21,666 nt of DNA from a candidate division WOR-3 bacterium (GCA_039802265.1 JBDRWI010000042.1:1-21666); one strand, 5' to 3'; shown: positions 1-8,099, counted from the stretch's first letter. Numbers and translations are program-made. Notes: generated by a model not told the origin, from the sequence alone.

Positions 1-110
1 GTGTTGCCTGGATTGATAATAGAATGAGACAGAGTCTTGAGACCTTTAAAAAAGGCGAGTTTGCATTGAGTGCCCTTTTACTTAAAAAATTCTTAAATGA
101 AGTTTTTTAA
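1..110 (+). CDS. 3' end of a CDS entering from the left edge, product unknown
   Basis: Frame starting at nt 3 is open to TAA at 108-110 (VAWIDNRMRQSLETFKKGEFALSALLLKKFLNEVF*). Too short for the ORF track; no motif recognised. Confidence 0.55.
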   Translation, partial: VAWIDNRMRQSLETFKKGEFALSALLLKKFLNEVF

Positions 111-169
111 ATTAAACGGTTGTGCAACTTACCATCAACAAATTCCTTGTTTTTCTATTTGATTGTATA

Positions 170-937
170 ATGGAAGAATACTTTATTGGCAAAAAGGCAA
201 GGGTTCATAAATCCGTAATAATCGGTAAGTATACAATCATTGAAGATGGGGCTGAAATCGGAGCTAACACAGAAATTGGCAGTTATGTTTTGATAAAATC
301 GGGCACAAGGATCGGGAAGAATAACAAAATTTACTCTGGTGCACAATTAGGCACCGACCCGCAGGATTATCATTTTAAAGAAGAATATTCAGAGTGTATT
401 ATTGGTGATAATAATATAATAAGGGAATATGCAACGATATCAAGGGCAACCGGCGAAAATAATAAAACCATAATCGGCGACAATAATTTTATTATGACCT
501 ATGTCCATATTGCGCATAATTGTAAAATCGGTAATAATGCCGTTATTGCCAGTGGTGCCCAGATTGCCGGGTATGTTGAGATTGATGATTTTGCCTATAT
601 TGGCGGACTCGTTGGTATCCATCAATTCTGTCGGGTAGGAAAGTATGCAATGCTCGGTGCAAAATCATATTTGAATAAAGACCTGCCGCCCTATCTGCTT
701 GCCGCCGGCAATCCTGCAAGGGTCTATGGGATAAATGAGAGGGGACTAATCAAAAACAACTTTACTACACAGGAAATAGAAGAGATAAAAGTGTTATTTA
801 GGGTTATTTATAAATCAAGATTGAACTTAGGTCAGGCATTGAGTCTGTTAGGAGAAGAAAAGAGGGTGGATTTTCTAAAGGATTTTGTTGAATTTATTGA
901 GAATTCAAAACGGGGGATTCTATTAAGGGATTACTGA
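170..937 (+). CDS. lpxA: Acyl-ACP--UDP-N-acetylglucosamine O-acyltransferase (lipid A biosynthesis)
   Basis: Hexapeptide beta-helix repeats plus LpxA motifs GTDPQD, IREYATISRAT, HIAHNC (catalytic His), HQFCRVG, KDLPPY, GNPA..GIN..GL and a helical C-terminus. ATG at 170 is preferred over GTG at 122 because the LpxA-like sequence begins there. Confidence 0.95.
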   Translation: MEEYFIGKKARVHKSVIIGKYTIIEDGAEIGANTEIGSYVLIKSGTRIGKNNKIYSGAQLGTDPQDYHFKEEYSECIIGDNNIIREYATISRATGENNKTIIGDNNFIMTYVHIAHNCKIGNNAVIASGAQIAGYVEIDDFAYIGGLVGIHQFCRVGKYAMLGAKSYLNKDLPPYLLAAGNPARVYGINERGLIKNNFTTQEIEEIKVLFRVIYKSRLNLGQALSLLGEEKRVDFLKDFVEFIENSKRGILLRDY

Positions 938-1112
938 TTTTAGTATTAATTACCAGCAAATTGTAGTTGCCTAATTCATTAGCTTTAAAAGAAGGAGTGG
1001 GGACGGGGGTTGACTTTGTGACATTTATGAATGCAATATGCGATACTAAAATCCCGGTTAACTTTGAAGACCGGATAGACCAAGCAGGCAAGATAGACCA
1101 GATAAATGGTGT

Positions 1113-1155
1113 AAAAGTTTACACTTTCCAGCCTGTCTGAAAAGGGTAAACTTTT
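1113..1155. repeat. 19-bp imperfect inverted repeat with 5-nt loop
   Basis: AAAAGTTTACACTTTCCAG (1113-1131), loop CCTGT, CTGAAAAGGGTAAACTTTT (1137-1155); 17 of 19 positions complementary. Confidence 0.85.
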
Positions 1156-1226
1156 GAAAAATAATAATGCGACCGCTACAGGCGTTATGACACACCCTCT
1201 TTGGTTTTTTCCAAAATTTTCTTCAG

Positions 1227-1314
1227 TTATCGCCCCTATTGATGGGAGGGGATAAAGAATCCACCCTGAATCCTGACCGATCGTCAGGGTAGTTTCATTT
1301 CGGGGGAGTGTGAG
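1227..1314 (-). repeat. REP-like palindromic element, copy 1, interrupted by a nested palindrome
   Basis: Hairpin TTATC(G)CCCCT...AGGGGATAA (1227-1255) with tail GGGGAGTGTGAG (1303-1314). The intervening 1258-1302 holds CCTGAC-cgatc-GTCAGG inside CCCTGAA...TTCGGGG. Confidence 0.6.
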
Positions 1315-1330
1315 ATTTAATCATTTCTTA

Positions 1331-1388
1331 CCCCTCACACTTACCCTCATATCAAGTACGGAGCAGGCTCTCTTACAAGGGGAGAGTG
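1331..1388 (+). repeat. REP-like palindromic element, copy 2, with a 19-nt insertion
   Basis: CCCCTCACACTTACCCTC [ATATCAAGTACGGAGCAGG] CTCTCTTACAAGGGGAGAGTG; the insert is flanked by CTC at 1346-1348 and 1368-1370. With the insert removed it matches copy 3 at 17 of the first 20 nt. Confidence 0.65.
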
Positions 1389-1452
1389 AATTTTTGGGTA
1401 AAACTTACTGATTACCATTTCAAAAAAACTTACTAATCCTGCTTAAAAGGAA

Positions 1453-1489
1453 CCCTCAATCTTATCCTCTCTCTTTAAGAGGGAAGAGG
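1453..1489 (+). repeat. REP-like palindromic element, copy 3
   Basis: CCCTCAATCTTATCCTCTCTCTTTAAGAGGGAAGAGG; same CCCTCA..CTTA.CCTCTCT leader and pyrimidine/purine hairpin as copy 2. Confidence 0.65.
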
Positions 1490-1540
1490 TAATAGTTGGG
1501 TTTAGGAGTGAAAAACCCCTGATGATTTTCAATGCAATCT

Positions 1541-3925
1541 TTAAAACAGATAGTCCAGTTGGAGACTCAATTTTATTGTGTTTTCCGTATTTATAAAATC
1601 CTCAACCGCCTTGCCAGGCAAATCTGGATAGTAAATCTCCGGGTTATTGTAAAGCCCGAAATGCTCGATCTCTGTCAATTTATACTTGAATTTTGCCCGC
1701 AATAAAATATTTCCGATTTTCTGCGAACTAACTATGTAGTATTTCATCCCCTTACCTGAGAGAAAGTCAATGCCAACATCCTCAAATATCCACTGGCTCA
1801 TTCCATCGGTTGACCATAAGGCAACACCGCCTTCAACTAAAAAATTGGTGGTAAAGTTATGTTCAAAACTGAAACTCAAAAAGCCACCTTCTAAATCCGT
1901 ATCCTTACCTTCAATCGCAGTCAAATCGACATTACCTTTGCGCAGTTCCAGGCGGAGGGCATCATAGTTGGAAAGATAAAAGAAAATTCTGATTGAAGAT
2001 TCAAAGGTATGAGATGGTGTTGATGTTATTACCCTTGGTAGATATTTTCTTATTATCTTCTCCGAATATCTAATGCGCACCGGGAAAGCCGGCTGGAATT
2101 CTATCTCAAAATAACCCCGGGTATTAAAGAGCCCAAAACTTAAATTTTCAAACAGATCAAGATATGCCCGGTTTAGTATTATATTCCGGGTGAGCTGATA
2201 CCGGGTCTCAAGGAATACTCCCTGTTCGGGCTTCGGAGTTGGGTCATCATAGATTGTAGTATATTCAGGATTTATGAGGGCATAGGGCTTTTCAAATGGC
2301 GTATCTTCAAATCTTCGGTATTCAGAAAATCCGCGATGGAATGGATTATCGTAGCCAATATCATAATGGCGATAGAGAATATTCAGGTAGAAATAGTCAT
2401 ACTGAACCCTTGATTTCACCAAATATGCATAGCAAAGATTATTTAAGGTATCTTTCTGACGCACAATCTCACCGGAGAAGAAAAATGGTTTAATTGGAAA
2501 TAAAAATTCTGCACCATAATATAATCTTTTGGCTGAGTATGAAAGCTGGGTAATCTCCGGATAGAACCAGGGGTCATACTTATCAAGCGGAATATCAATC
2601 CATCTTGGGTCAGGGTCTATTATCTTATCAGGATAGTTGAGTCCCATTCCTTCAAAGGCCACATACGCACCAGGAAAGTATTCCTGTAACGGTGCAAGCC
2701 TCAAATTTGTCCCGATCACCTGTTCTTCAAGTTGATTCCTTTGCCATTCAAACAGGTAAGAAGAACTCGGTATGATGCGCCAGATTGTATTGTCAGGATT
2801 TACAATTGCATTACGGGTGGTGTAGGAATAGAAGAAAGAAGGCTTTAGAGTTATTCCGGTACCAAAGGGTGAAAGATGAAAACTGCCCGCGGCACCAGTA
2901 AATTGGTAACCATAATTATCGGTAAGGTCGCCGTAGATACCGGTAGAACGGCTGAATACCCTGGCGCGGTGTTCATCAGTATTGTCTACCATCAACCCTT
3001 CACCCCAGACTACCCGATAATTACCAAGATAGAAGCGATACAAAGGTCCAACATTACCAAGTCCAACATAACCCTTGGTTTGCTCCTTTTTCGGTTCATA
3101 ATAAATTCCCATTTTAAGTCTTCTATTGTAGTTTGTCTTCAAACGGAAAGATGAGACCGGCTCCGGATGCGTTTTTTTCAATGAATCGAGTTCTTGTGAT
3201 AGGTTGGCCTTTAATTTATCACATTCTTCATCTTTCCAGTTGTAGTATTCCTTTAAATAGGTTGTCGTATTATCAATATCTCCAATTGCTTGCTCCAGGT
3301 ATGAAATCCTCGTCGCAATATTTTCATCTTCACCCACATCAAGGCGACTCTCATTTTCCATTTTGATTCGCACACTGCCGTGGAGTTTCTTATCATACTC
3401 ATCAGTGTACTGGACATACCTTCTTAATGAGGTGTAGGAATAACTCGACAAACCACTTATCCTTCTTAAATCCCTTGACGATTTTATCTCTTTTTGTTTT
3501 AGCGCCAGAAGCACTGCACTGGCATCAACAGGAGTCATACGGTCAATGAGCAAAAGGTCATCAAATCCCATCTTATTGATATTCGCCGGTAAATAGAGGA
3601 GGTCTTCCCATTCATCAATCGCCCCTTTTGATGGTGGCTCTTCACTGGCAAGTTTTCTCTGTTCATTTACTATTGAAGCCCACTCGCTGCGTGCTGGAAA
3701 AGGCACTGCAATCTTTACAACCGGTTTTATCCTTTCAAATATCTCCGCGGTAACCTCCGGGACATTTCGCAATTCATAGACCGATTTAAATGGACCATAA
3801 ATCTGACGGTATTCAAATATTGACCGGGCAACGGAAGAATCAACGGGCAATGTGTAGAATTCTTCAAGTGGGGCGCGATTCAGGTCAATCTGCTGGGAGA
3901 TTAAAAAAATGCCAAGAAATATCAT
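1541..3925 (-). CDS. ComEA-like double helix-hairpin-helix protein fused to a probable outer-membrane beta-barrel
   Basis: Short hydrophobic N-terminus; HhH domain 1 (IDLNRAPLEEFYTLP...ARSIFEYRQIYGPFKSVYELRNVPEV); HhH domain 2 (PANINKMGFDDLLLI...IKSSRDLRRISGL); then about 550 aa of aromatic-rich amphipathic strands ending KLSLQLDYLF with a terminal Phe (BAM beta-signal-like). Confidence 0.8.
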   Translation of the reverse strand: MIFLGIFLISQQIDLNRAPLEEFYTLPVDSSVARSIFEYRQIYGPFKSVYELRNVPEVTAEIFERIKPVVKIAVPFPARSEWASIVNEQRKLASEEPPSKGAIDEWEDLLYLPANINKMGFDDLLLIDRMTPVDASAVLLALKQKEIKSSRDLRRISGLSSYSYTSLRRYVQYTDEYDKKLHGSVRIKMENESRLDVGEDENIATRISYLEQAIGDIDNTTTYLKEYYNWKDEECDKLKANLSQELDSLKKTHPEPVSSFRLKTNYNRRLKMGIYYEPKKEQTKGYVGLGNVGPLYRFYLGNYRVVWGEGLMVDNTDEHRARVFSRSTGIYGDLTDNYGYQFTGAAGSFHLSPFGTGITLKPSFFYSYTTRNAIVNPDNTIWRIIPSSSYLFEWQRNQLEEQVIGTNLRLAPLQEYFPGAYVAFEGMGLNYPDKIIDPDPRWIDIPLDKYDPWFYPEITQLSYSAKRLYYGAEFLFPIKPFFFSGEIVRQKDTLNNLCYAYLVKSRVQYDYFYLNILYRHYDIGYDNPFHRGFSEYRRFEDTPFEKPYALINPEYTTIYDDPTPKPEQGVFLETRYQLTRNIILNRAYLDLFENLSFGLFNTRGYFEIEFQPAFPVRIRYSEKIIRKYLPRVITSTPSHTFESSIRIFFYLSNYDALRLELRKGNVDLTAIEGKDTDLEGGFLSFSFEHNFTTNFLVEGGVALWSTDGMSQWIFEDVGIDFLSGKGMKYYIVSSQKIGNILLRAKFKYKLTEIEHFGLYNNPEIYYPDLPGKAVEDFINTENTIKLSLQLDYLF

Positions 3926-3932
3926 CAGTATC

Positions 3933-4721
3933 TTAAAAACTATAACCTACGGTGAAGGTATGGCTCAATGGCAATTCGGGGAGGTATTCTACGGCATAGT
4001 CAACAACGATGAATTTATAAAAAATCCCGGCTCCTAAATTTAGCACCTGCGGTTCGGTCCTTATTCCGGTTCTCAGAGAAAAAAAATTAAAGATTTTGCA
4101 CTCTCCTCCGATATGCGTTCTTATTCCATCTTCGGTTATTGAGAAGTCAATCTCACTTGATAAATCATTAAAAGGTCGGTACCCAAAACCGGTCTGTAGG
4201 GAAGGAGACAATTCACCTATTTCATTACTCCCCAGCCTTGGTTTATTAAGATTATGGCAATATATCCCTAAAGACCATCTCTTCATCAGCCGGCCGACCA
4301 TTCCCAGGTCAACACCGCAGGCAGCGCCATAGCCGGTTCTTTTGTTATTTATTAGATAAAGGTCTAATCCCAACCCAATTTTAAAATCATGGCTCAAGCC
4401 AATGCCCAGTCCGGCAGTAACCGCCTGCTCCTTCTGTTCACTGAAACCAAATTCACTCACTACCAATCCCAGCCCCCCCAGTGGTATGGGCCGGGCAAAG
4501 CCAACATTTACATTATGCAGTCCCTCTACACCTGACCAGGTATATTCATATCCACTGGAAATTTGATTTCTGTTGAGAAAGGCAAGTGCCGAGGGATTTA
4601 TTCTTATTGCATCAGCCACCTCAATGTTTGCCACACAGGCATAGGAGAGTGCCTGGGCATAACCCGATACAACATATCTTTCAAATGCCTGACTGAGAAA
4701 GAAGATAAAACCCAGAAGCAA
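3933..4721 (-). CDS. Small outer-membrane beta-barrel, PorV/PorQ-like
   Basis: TTG start after SD AAGGAGG. GYAQALSYACVA...DAIRINPSALA resembles the G(AR)ALGMG.A.VA...A..NPAGL segment of PorV-like barrels; Gly-rich alternating strands; ends HTFTVGYSF. Confidence 0.7.
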   Translation of the reverse strand: MLLGFIFFLSQAFERYVVSGYAQALSYACVANIEVADAIRINPSALAFLNRNQISSGYEYTWSGVEGLHNVNVGFARPIPLGGLGLVVSEFGFSEQKEQAVTAGLGIGLSHDFKIGLGLDLYLINNKRTGYGAACGVDLGMVGRLMKRWSLGIYCHNLNKPRLGSNEIGELSPSLQTGFGYRPFNDLSSEIDFSITEDGIRTHIGGECKIFNFFSLRTGIRTEPQVLNLGAGIFYKFIVVDYAVEYLPELPLSHTFTVGYSF

Positions 4722-4730
4722 TACTCCTCC

Positions 4731-7700
4731 TTATTTGAATTCAGTGCCAATTACAATCAATTTTCTTATAAATTCAGATTTTCCCTGGGGACTGGTCGCC
4801 TTGAGATTCAAGAGATAAATACCAATCTTACAGGGTCTTGAATCTTCATTACGGCCGTTCCAGAATATCTCCCGGGGTCCTCCACTTCCATCATAGAGTT
4901 TCCTTATCTTCCTGCCATGCATATCATAGATATCAAGAGTCAGGTGGTAATCAAGCGGTGAATTTATCTTTAGATGCGCCTGCTCACCAATTTGGGGTAG
5001 AAATGTCTTTGGTCCCAGAATCTCAAGTTTCGGCGTAAGACTCGCTGAGTCGCCAGTAGGGCTGGCAATATCTGTGGGAAATCTTAATAACAATTGATAA
5101 CCTGTAGTATAAGGAGATTCCGGGTCATACTGTCCAACAATCCCGGTGAAAATCCTTTCTTCACCCTTTGCAATGGTCAATGGATTGATTCCACTATTGG
5201 TGGTAAACCTGACAGTTATTCCATATTCACCATTCAGCACTTCAAAGTTATATCCGTCTCCGGTTTTATAAGGTGAGGTCATAATAACACCCTTCAATTC
5301 AATTAAATTCCCCTCCATTCCTTCACTCAAGAAGCGATTTGGCTCTAAAAATTTTGGCTCAGGCACAGAGCCCATACCCAAAAACCATCCATAGCCATTG
5401 GCAATTTCAGTCAATCCATTATATTCGCTGATCCGGCCGATAATTCTTAATCTCGCCCCCAAAGAGTCAATATATTTATTAAATGTCGCATCGCCCGTTG
5501 CATTATAGACATTTATTCCACCCGTGCTGTCCTGGATATAAAAACTTGGACTACCGGAAGAGAAGACATAATTCGGGCCGGTCAATATTCCTTCAACAAC
5601 AACCAGGCTGTCAAGATACATTGACGAAACACCATCCGGTCCTGGTGTCTGGCAGGTGGCAATGGTCTTGGGTGGTGGGGGAATAAAAAGATGGGAAAAA
5701 TCTGATGTATCGCGGGGCAGCAACTCATAGCCATCATTGGGTGGAGAATTTGTGGTATACTGGCTTTTAATAGCAGTGAGGGTAAATGTATCAAGCGGTG
5801 CCAAATGTCCGGGGATATTTGTTGAGGCATTTATATATATCTTAAACGAAGTATTATTCATATCCCAGGCGGTGTAGCTGGTTGCCTCAAGTAAAAAACC
5901 TTCTATATACAGGACCTTTATTCGCACCAGGGAACCTTCAAAGTCTTCGGTATTGGCAATATTTCCATCTATCTCCTTTGGCTCGGGCAAGGTGCAGTTT
6001 TGTTTTTTTAATTCGTAAGAGAAATTGGTAAGTTCATTTTTACCCCGGTACTGGTCAACCCTGCCTGTTGCAATAATGCTATCGCCATATTCAAGGGGGG
6101 TTGGAAAGCCACCACTCAAATAAAGGCACACCCCCCCAGTATTGTCTTGGATGTATGCCTCTCTTGAAGAGAATATGCCAGGTGGTGCAGTGACCACGCC
6201 AGTTATGGTAACTATGGAATCAAGGAGATCCGGGATATAGTTTGAATCCAAATCCTTAAATGCCACGCCAATGGGCCAGACATATTCTGAACCATTAAAG
6301 GCACCCGGGGTCGGAAATGCGTTATTTATCCAGGTCTCAGAGCCATTGGGCAGGCGGGCGATGGAGAAGTCAGAGATTACATCATTACTCCCATATCCCT
6401 TTTTATCAATAAGACGGTCGTGGTTGTCGTAAAGGCTAATCGTATCACCGGTCTGGTTCAAATCGGGCCAATTGCCGAGCCAGTTTCCGTTCTGTAATGT
6501 ATCACCATCACTGCTGATGATATATCCTTCACCACTGGCATAGAGCAAAAGATAACCAGTAGCCGGAATAGAAAAACCCGGTGGTATGGTTAATGTATTC
6601 ACCCCATTAAAATCCTTGATTTTATAGCCTTGCAGGTTTATTGACTGATTCTTTTTGTTAAAGACTTCAAGAAATTCTTCATCCAGGTCGTTGTAGTTTC
6701 CGTTATTGTTGTGGTCAAAGGACTTCGGATCGGGTAAAAATTCGTTTATTACAAGTAATGTCTCAAGTGGGGTCTGGGTTGTACAGGAAGGGACATTAGA
6801 AATCCCTGACCAATTAGAATCTTCATCCGCCGTCTTTAAGGCAAAGTAATAAAGAGTCCCGGGCTGAAGTCCAGTTATGAGAAAAGAATCTGGGGCGCCG
6901 GCATTCGAAGGCGGTGGCTCACCAAAACATTCCGTAGCTGAGTAAAAATTTCCCTCAGTAATTTGGAACAGGGCATATCTGATGTCATAATAACTTGCCC
7001 GGCCTGAATTGCCATCATCACCGGGTGCAGTCCAGCGAAGTTTTACATTATCAGCGCCAGTCTGGATAATTGTCAGATTGTTTACCGGGGCTGGGGGTAT
7101 TGTATCAGGACTTGAAGCGGTAATAAAATAGAAAATATAATTGCCACCGGGAATGCCATCGTTATCGCCATCCAACTTATTGCCAAATTGGTCTCTGATT
7201 GTATCATAAACAGTGACAAAGATGGTCTCAGCGTAGTAAAAATTGGAATCAGGATTGAGCTGCACGAGTCTATTCACACTATCATAAAAAATTGAAAAAG
7301 AATGGCTACCCGAGGAATCACCAGTTACATTGAATGCCTCTGAAATAATATATAAGGTGTCAAGGGACTCATTGAAATATATTAAAATATTTGAACTGAT
7401 TCCGATTCCGGTGTCAGCACTATCCGGATAGGTATTTATAATTACTGGGGGTATGGTGTCAACAAGATAAGAAATAATCTTCACTGAATCAAGCCAGAAA
7501 TTACAATTTGTTGAACCCATCTGATTATTCTGTCGGTCTTCGTATCTAAATCTTATCCGGGCATTCTGATAAGAATCATAATCAAAAAGGGAAATCTTTG
7601 GCACTGTCCAGACATTGGTCTGATTTGATTGATTTATCTTAAATAGGGAACTCCAGTCAATCCCATTGTTGGATATCTCTATAAAGAGGGTATCGTCAGG

Positions 7701-8015
7701 ACCTAAGTTGTTTGAGGACTGCGAAAAACGATACCAGAAGGAAAGGGTCTCAGGACCGGAAAAAGAATGGAGATTAAGGTTTGGAGTTGTAAGGGTTGAT
7801 GTGCCTTCCCTTAGCCAGTTTGCTGCATCATAGACCCTTACCCGGGCATGGAATGAGTCAGGATTTGCGGTTCCATATGTATGTCTATACCAATCTATCG
7901 TTGTATCGGTAAAGGTAGTATCCCAGCCCGAAGGTGGAAACTGAGAGCCGGTGAAGCTTTCAACAAGGAGTGGAGTCTGGGCAACAAGCGCGATAATTAG
8001 CGATAAAATTTGCAT
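4731..8015 (-). CDS. Large secreted multidomain protein: MAM/adhesin-like, SbsA Ig-like, FN3, lamin-tail domain, duplicated OB-fold units, FlgD-Ig/T9SS-like C-terminal domain
   Basis: ESFTGSQFPPSGW...WLDSVKI; DTIPPVIINTYP...IYFNESLD; LRWTAPGDDG..GRASYYDIRY; LVINEFLPDP...EFLEVFN...PTPGAFN; two units each with YIQD.TGG, EG.L and GY.LL.R...D; LDIYDMHGRKIRKL...WNGRN....KIGIYLLNL. Confidence 0.75.
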   Translation of the reverse strand: MQILSLIIALVAQTPLLVESFTGSQFPPSGWDTTFTDTTIDWYRHTYGTANPDSFHARVRVYDAANWLREGTSTLTTPNLNLHSFSGPETLSFWYRFSQSSNNLGPDDTLFIEISNNGIDWSSLFKINQSNQTNVWTVPKISLFDYDSYQNARIRFRYEDRQNNQMGSTNCNFWLDSVKIISYLVDTIPPVIINTYPDSADTGIGISSNILIYFNESLDTLYIISEAFNVTGDSSGSHSFSIFYDSVNRLVQLNPDSNFYYAETIFVTVYDTIRDQFGNKLDGDNDGIPGGNYIFYFITASSPDTIPPAPVNNLTIIQTGADNVKLRWTAPGDDGNSGRASYYDIRYALFQITEGNFYSATECFGEPPPSNAGAPDSFLITGLQPGTLYYFALKTADEDSNWSGISNVPSCTTQTPLETLLVINEFLPDPKSFDHNNNGNYNDLDEEFLEVFNKKNQSINLQGYKIKDFNGVNTLTIPPGFSIPATGYLLLYASGEGYIISSDGDTLQNGNWLGNWPDLNQTGDTISLYDNHDRLIDKKGYGSNDVISDFSIARLPNGSETWINNAFPTPGAFNGSEYVWPIGVAFKDLDSNYIPDLLDSIVTITGVVTAPPGIFSSREAYIQDNTGGVCLYLSGGFPTPLEYGDSIIATGRVDQYRGKNELTNFSYELKKQNCTLPEPKEIDGNIANTEDFEGSLVRIKVLYIEGFLLEATSYTAWDMNNTSFKIYINASTNIPGHLAPLDTFTLTAIKSQYTTNSPPNDGYELLPRDTSDFSHLFIPPPPKTIATCQTPGPDGVSSMYLDSLVVVEGILTGPNYVFSSGSPSFYIQDSTGGINVYNATGDATFNKYIDSLGARLRIIGRISEYNGLTEIANGYGWFLGMGSVPEPKFLEPNRFLSEGMEGNLIELKGVIMTSPYKTGDGYNFEVLNGEYGITVRFTTNSGINPLTIAKGEERIFTGIVGQYDPESPYTTGYQLLLRFPTDIASPTGDSASLTPKLEILGPKTFLPQIGEQAHLKINSPLDYHLTLDIYDMHGRKIRKLYDGSGGPREIFWNGRNEDSRPCKIGIYLLNLKATSPQGKSEFIRKLIVIGTEFK

Positions 8016-8020
8016 AAATG

Positions 8021-8048
8021 ATTATATACCAATTTGGTAAAAAGTCAA
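8021..8048 (-). promoter_or_regulatory. Sigma70-type promoter, predicted leaderless, for the three-gene operon
   Basis: Minus strand TTGACT (8048-8043) - 16 nt - TATAAT (8026-8021) - 5 nt - ATG (8015); no SD. Confidence 0.75.
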
Positions 8049-8065
8049 CCATAAATACCAAATCC

Positions 8066-8093
8066 TTGATTATGGCATTAAATTCAATAAAAT
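8066..8093 (+). promoter_or_regulatory. Sigma70-type promoter, predicted leaderless, for the DMT transporter
   Basis: TTGATT (8066-8071) - 16 nt - TAAAAT (8088-8093) - 6 nt - ATG (8100); no SD. Confidence 0.6.
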
Positions 8094-8099
8094 ATTATT

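Noticed and set aside
122..169. GTG start at 122 for lpxA
   Set aside because: The extra 16 codons have no LpxA character and read like AT-rich intergenic DNA; ATG 170 gives a normal length.
166..171. TATAAT upstream of lpxA as a leaderless promoter
   Set aside because: It overlaps the ATG itself and has no TTG-type -35 box 16-17 nt upstream.
894..1091. 65-aa minus-strand ORF
   Set aside because: Overlaps the lpxA end in antisense, crosses repeat DNA, and has no SD or motif.
1074..1104. GATAGACCA direct repeat (two copies plus a partial)
   Set aside because: Too short and too few copies to interpret.
938..1540. CRISPR array, tRNA or known riboswitch in the long intergenic region
   Set aside because: No regularly spaced identical repeats, no cloverleaf or T-loop, and no riboswitch consensus recognised. 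An Rfam scan would be needed to exclude other RNAs.
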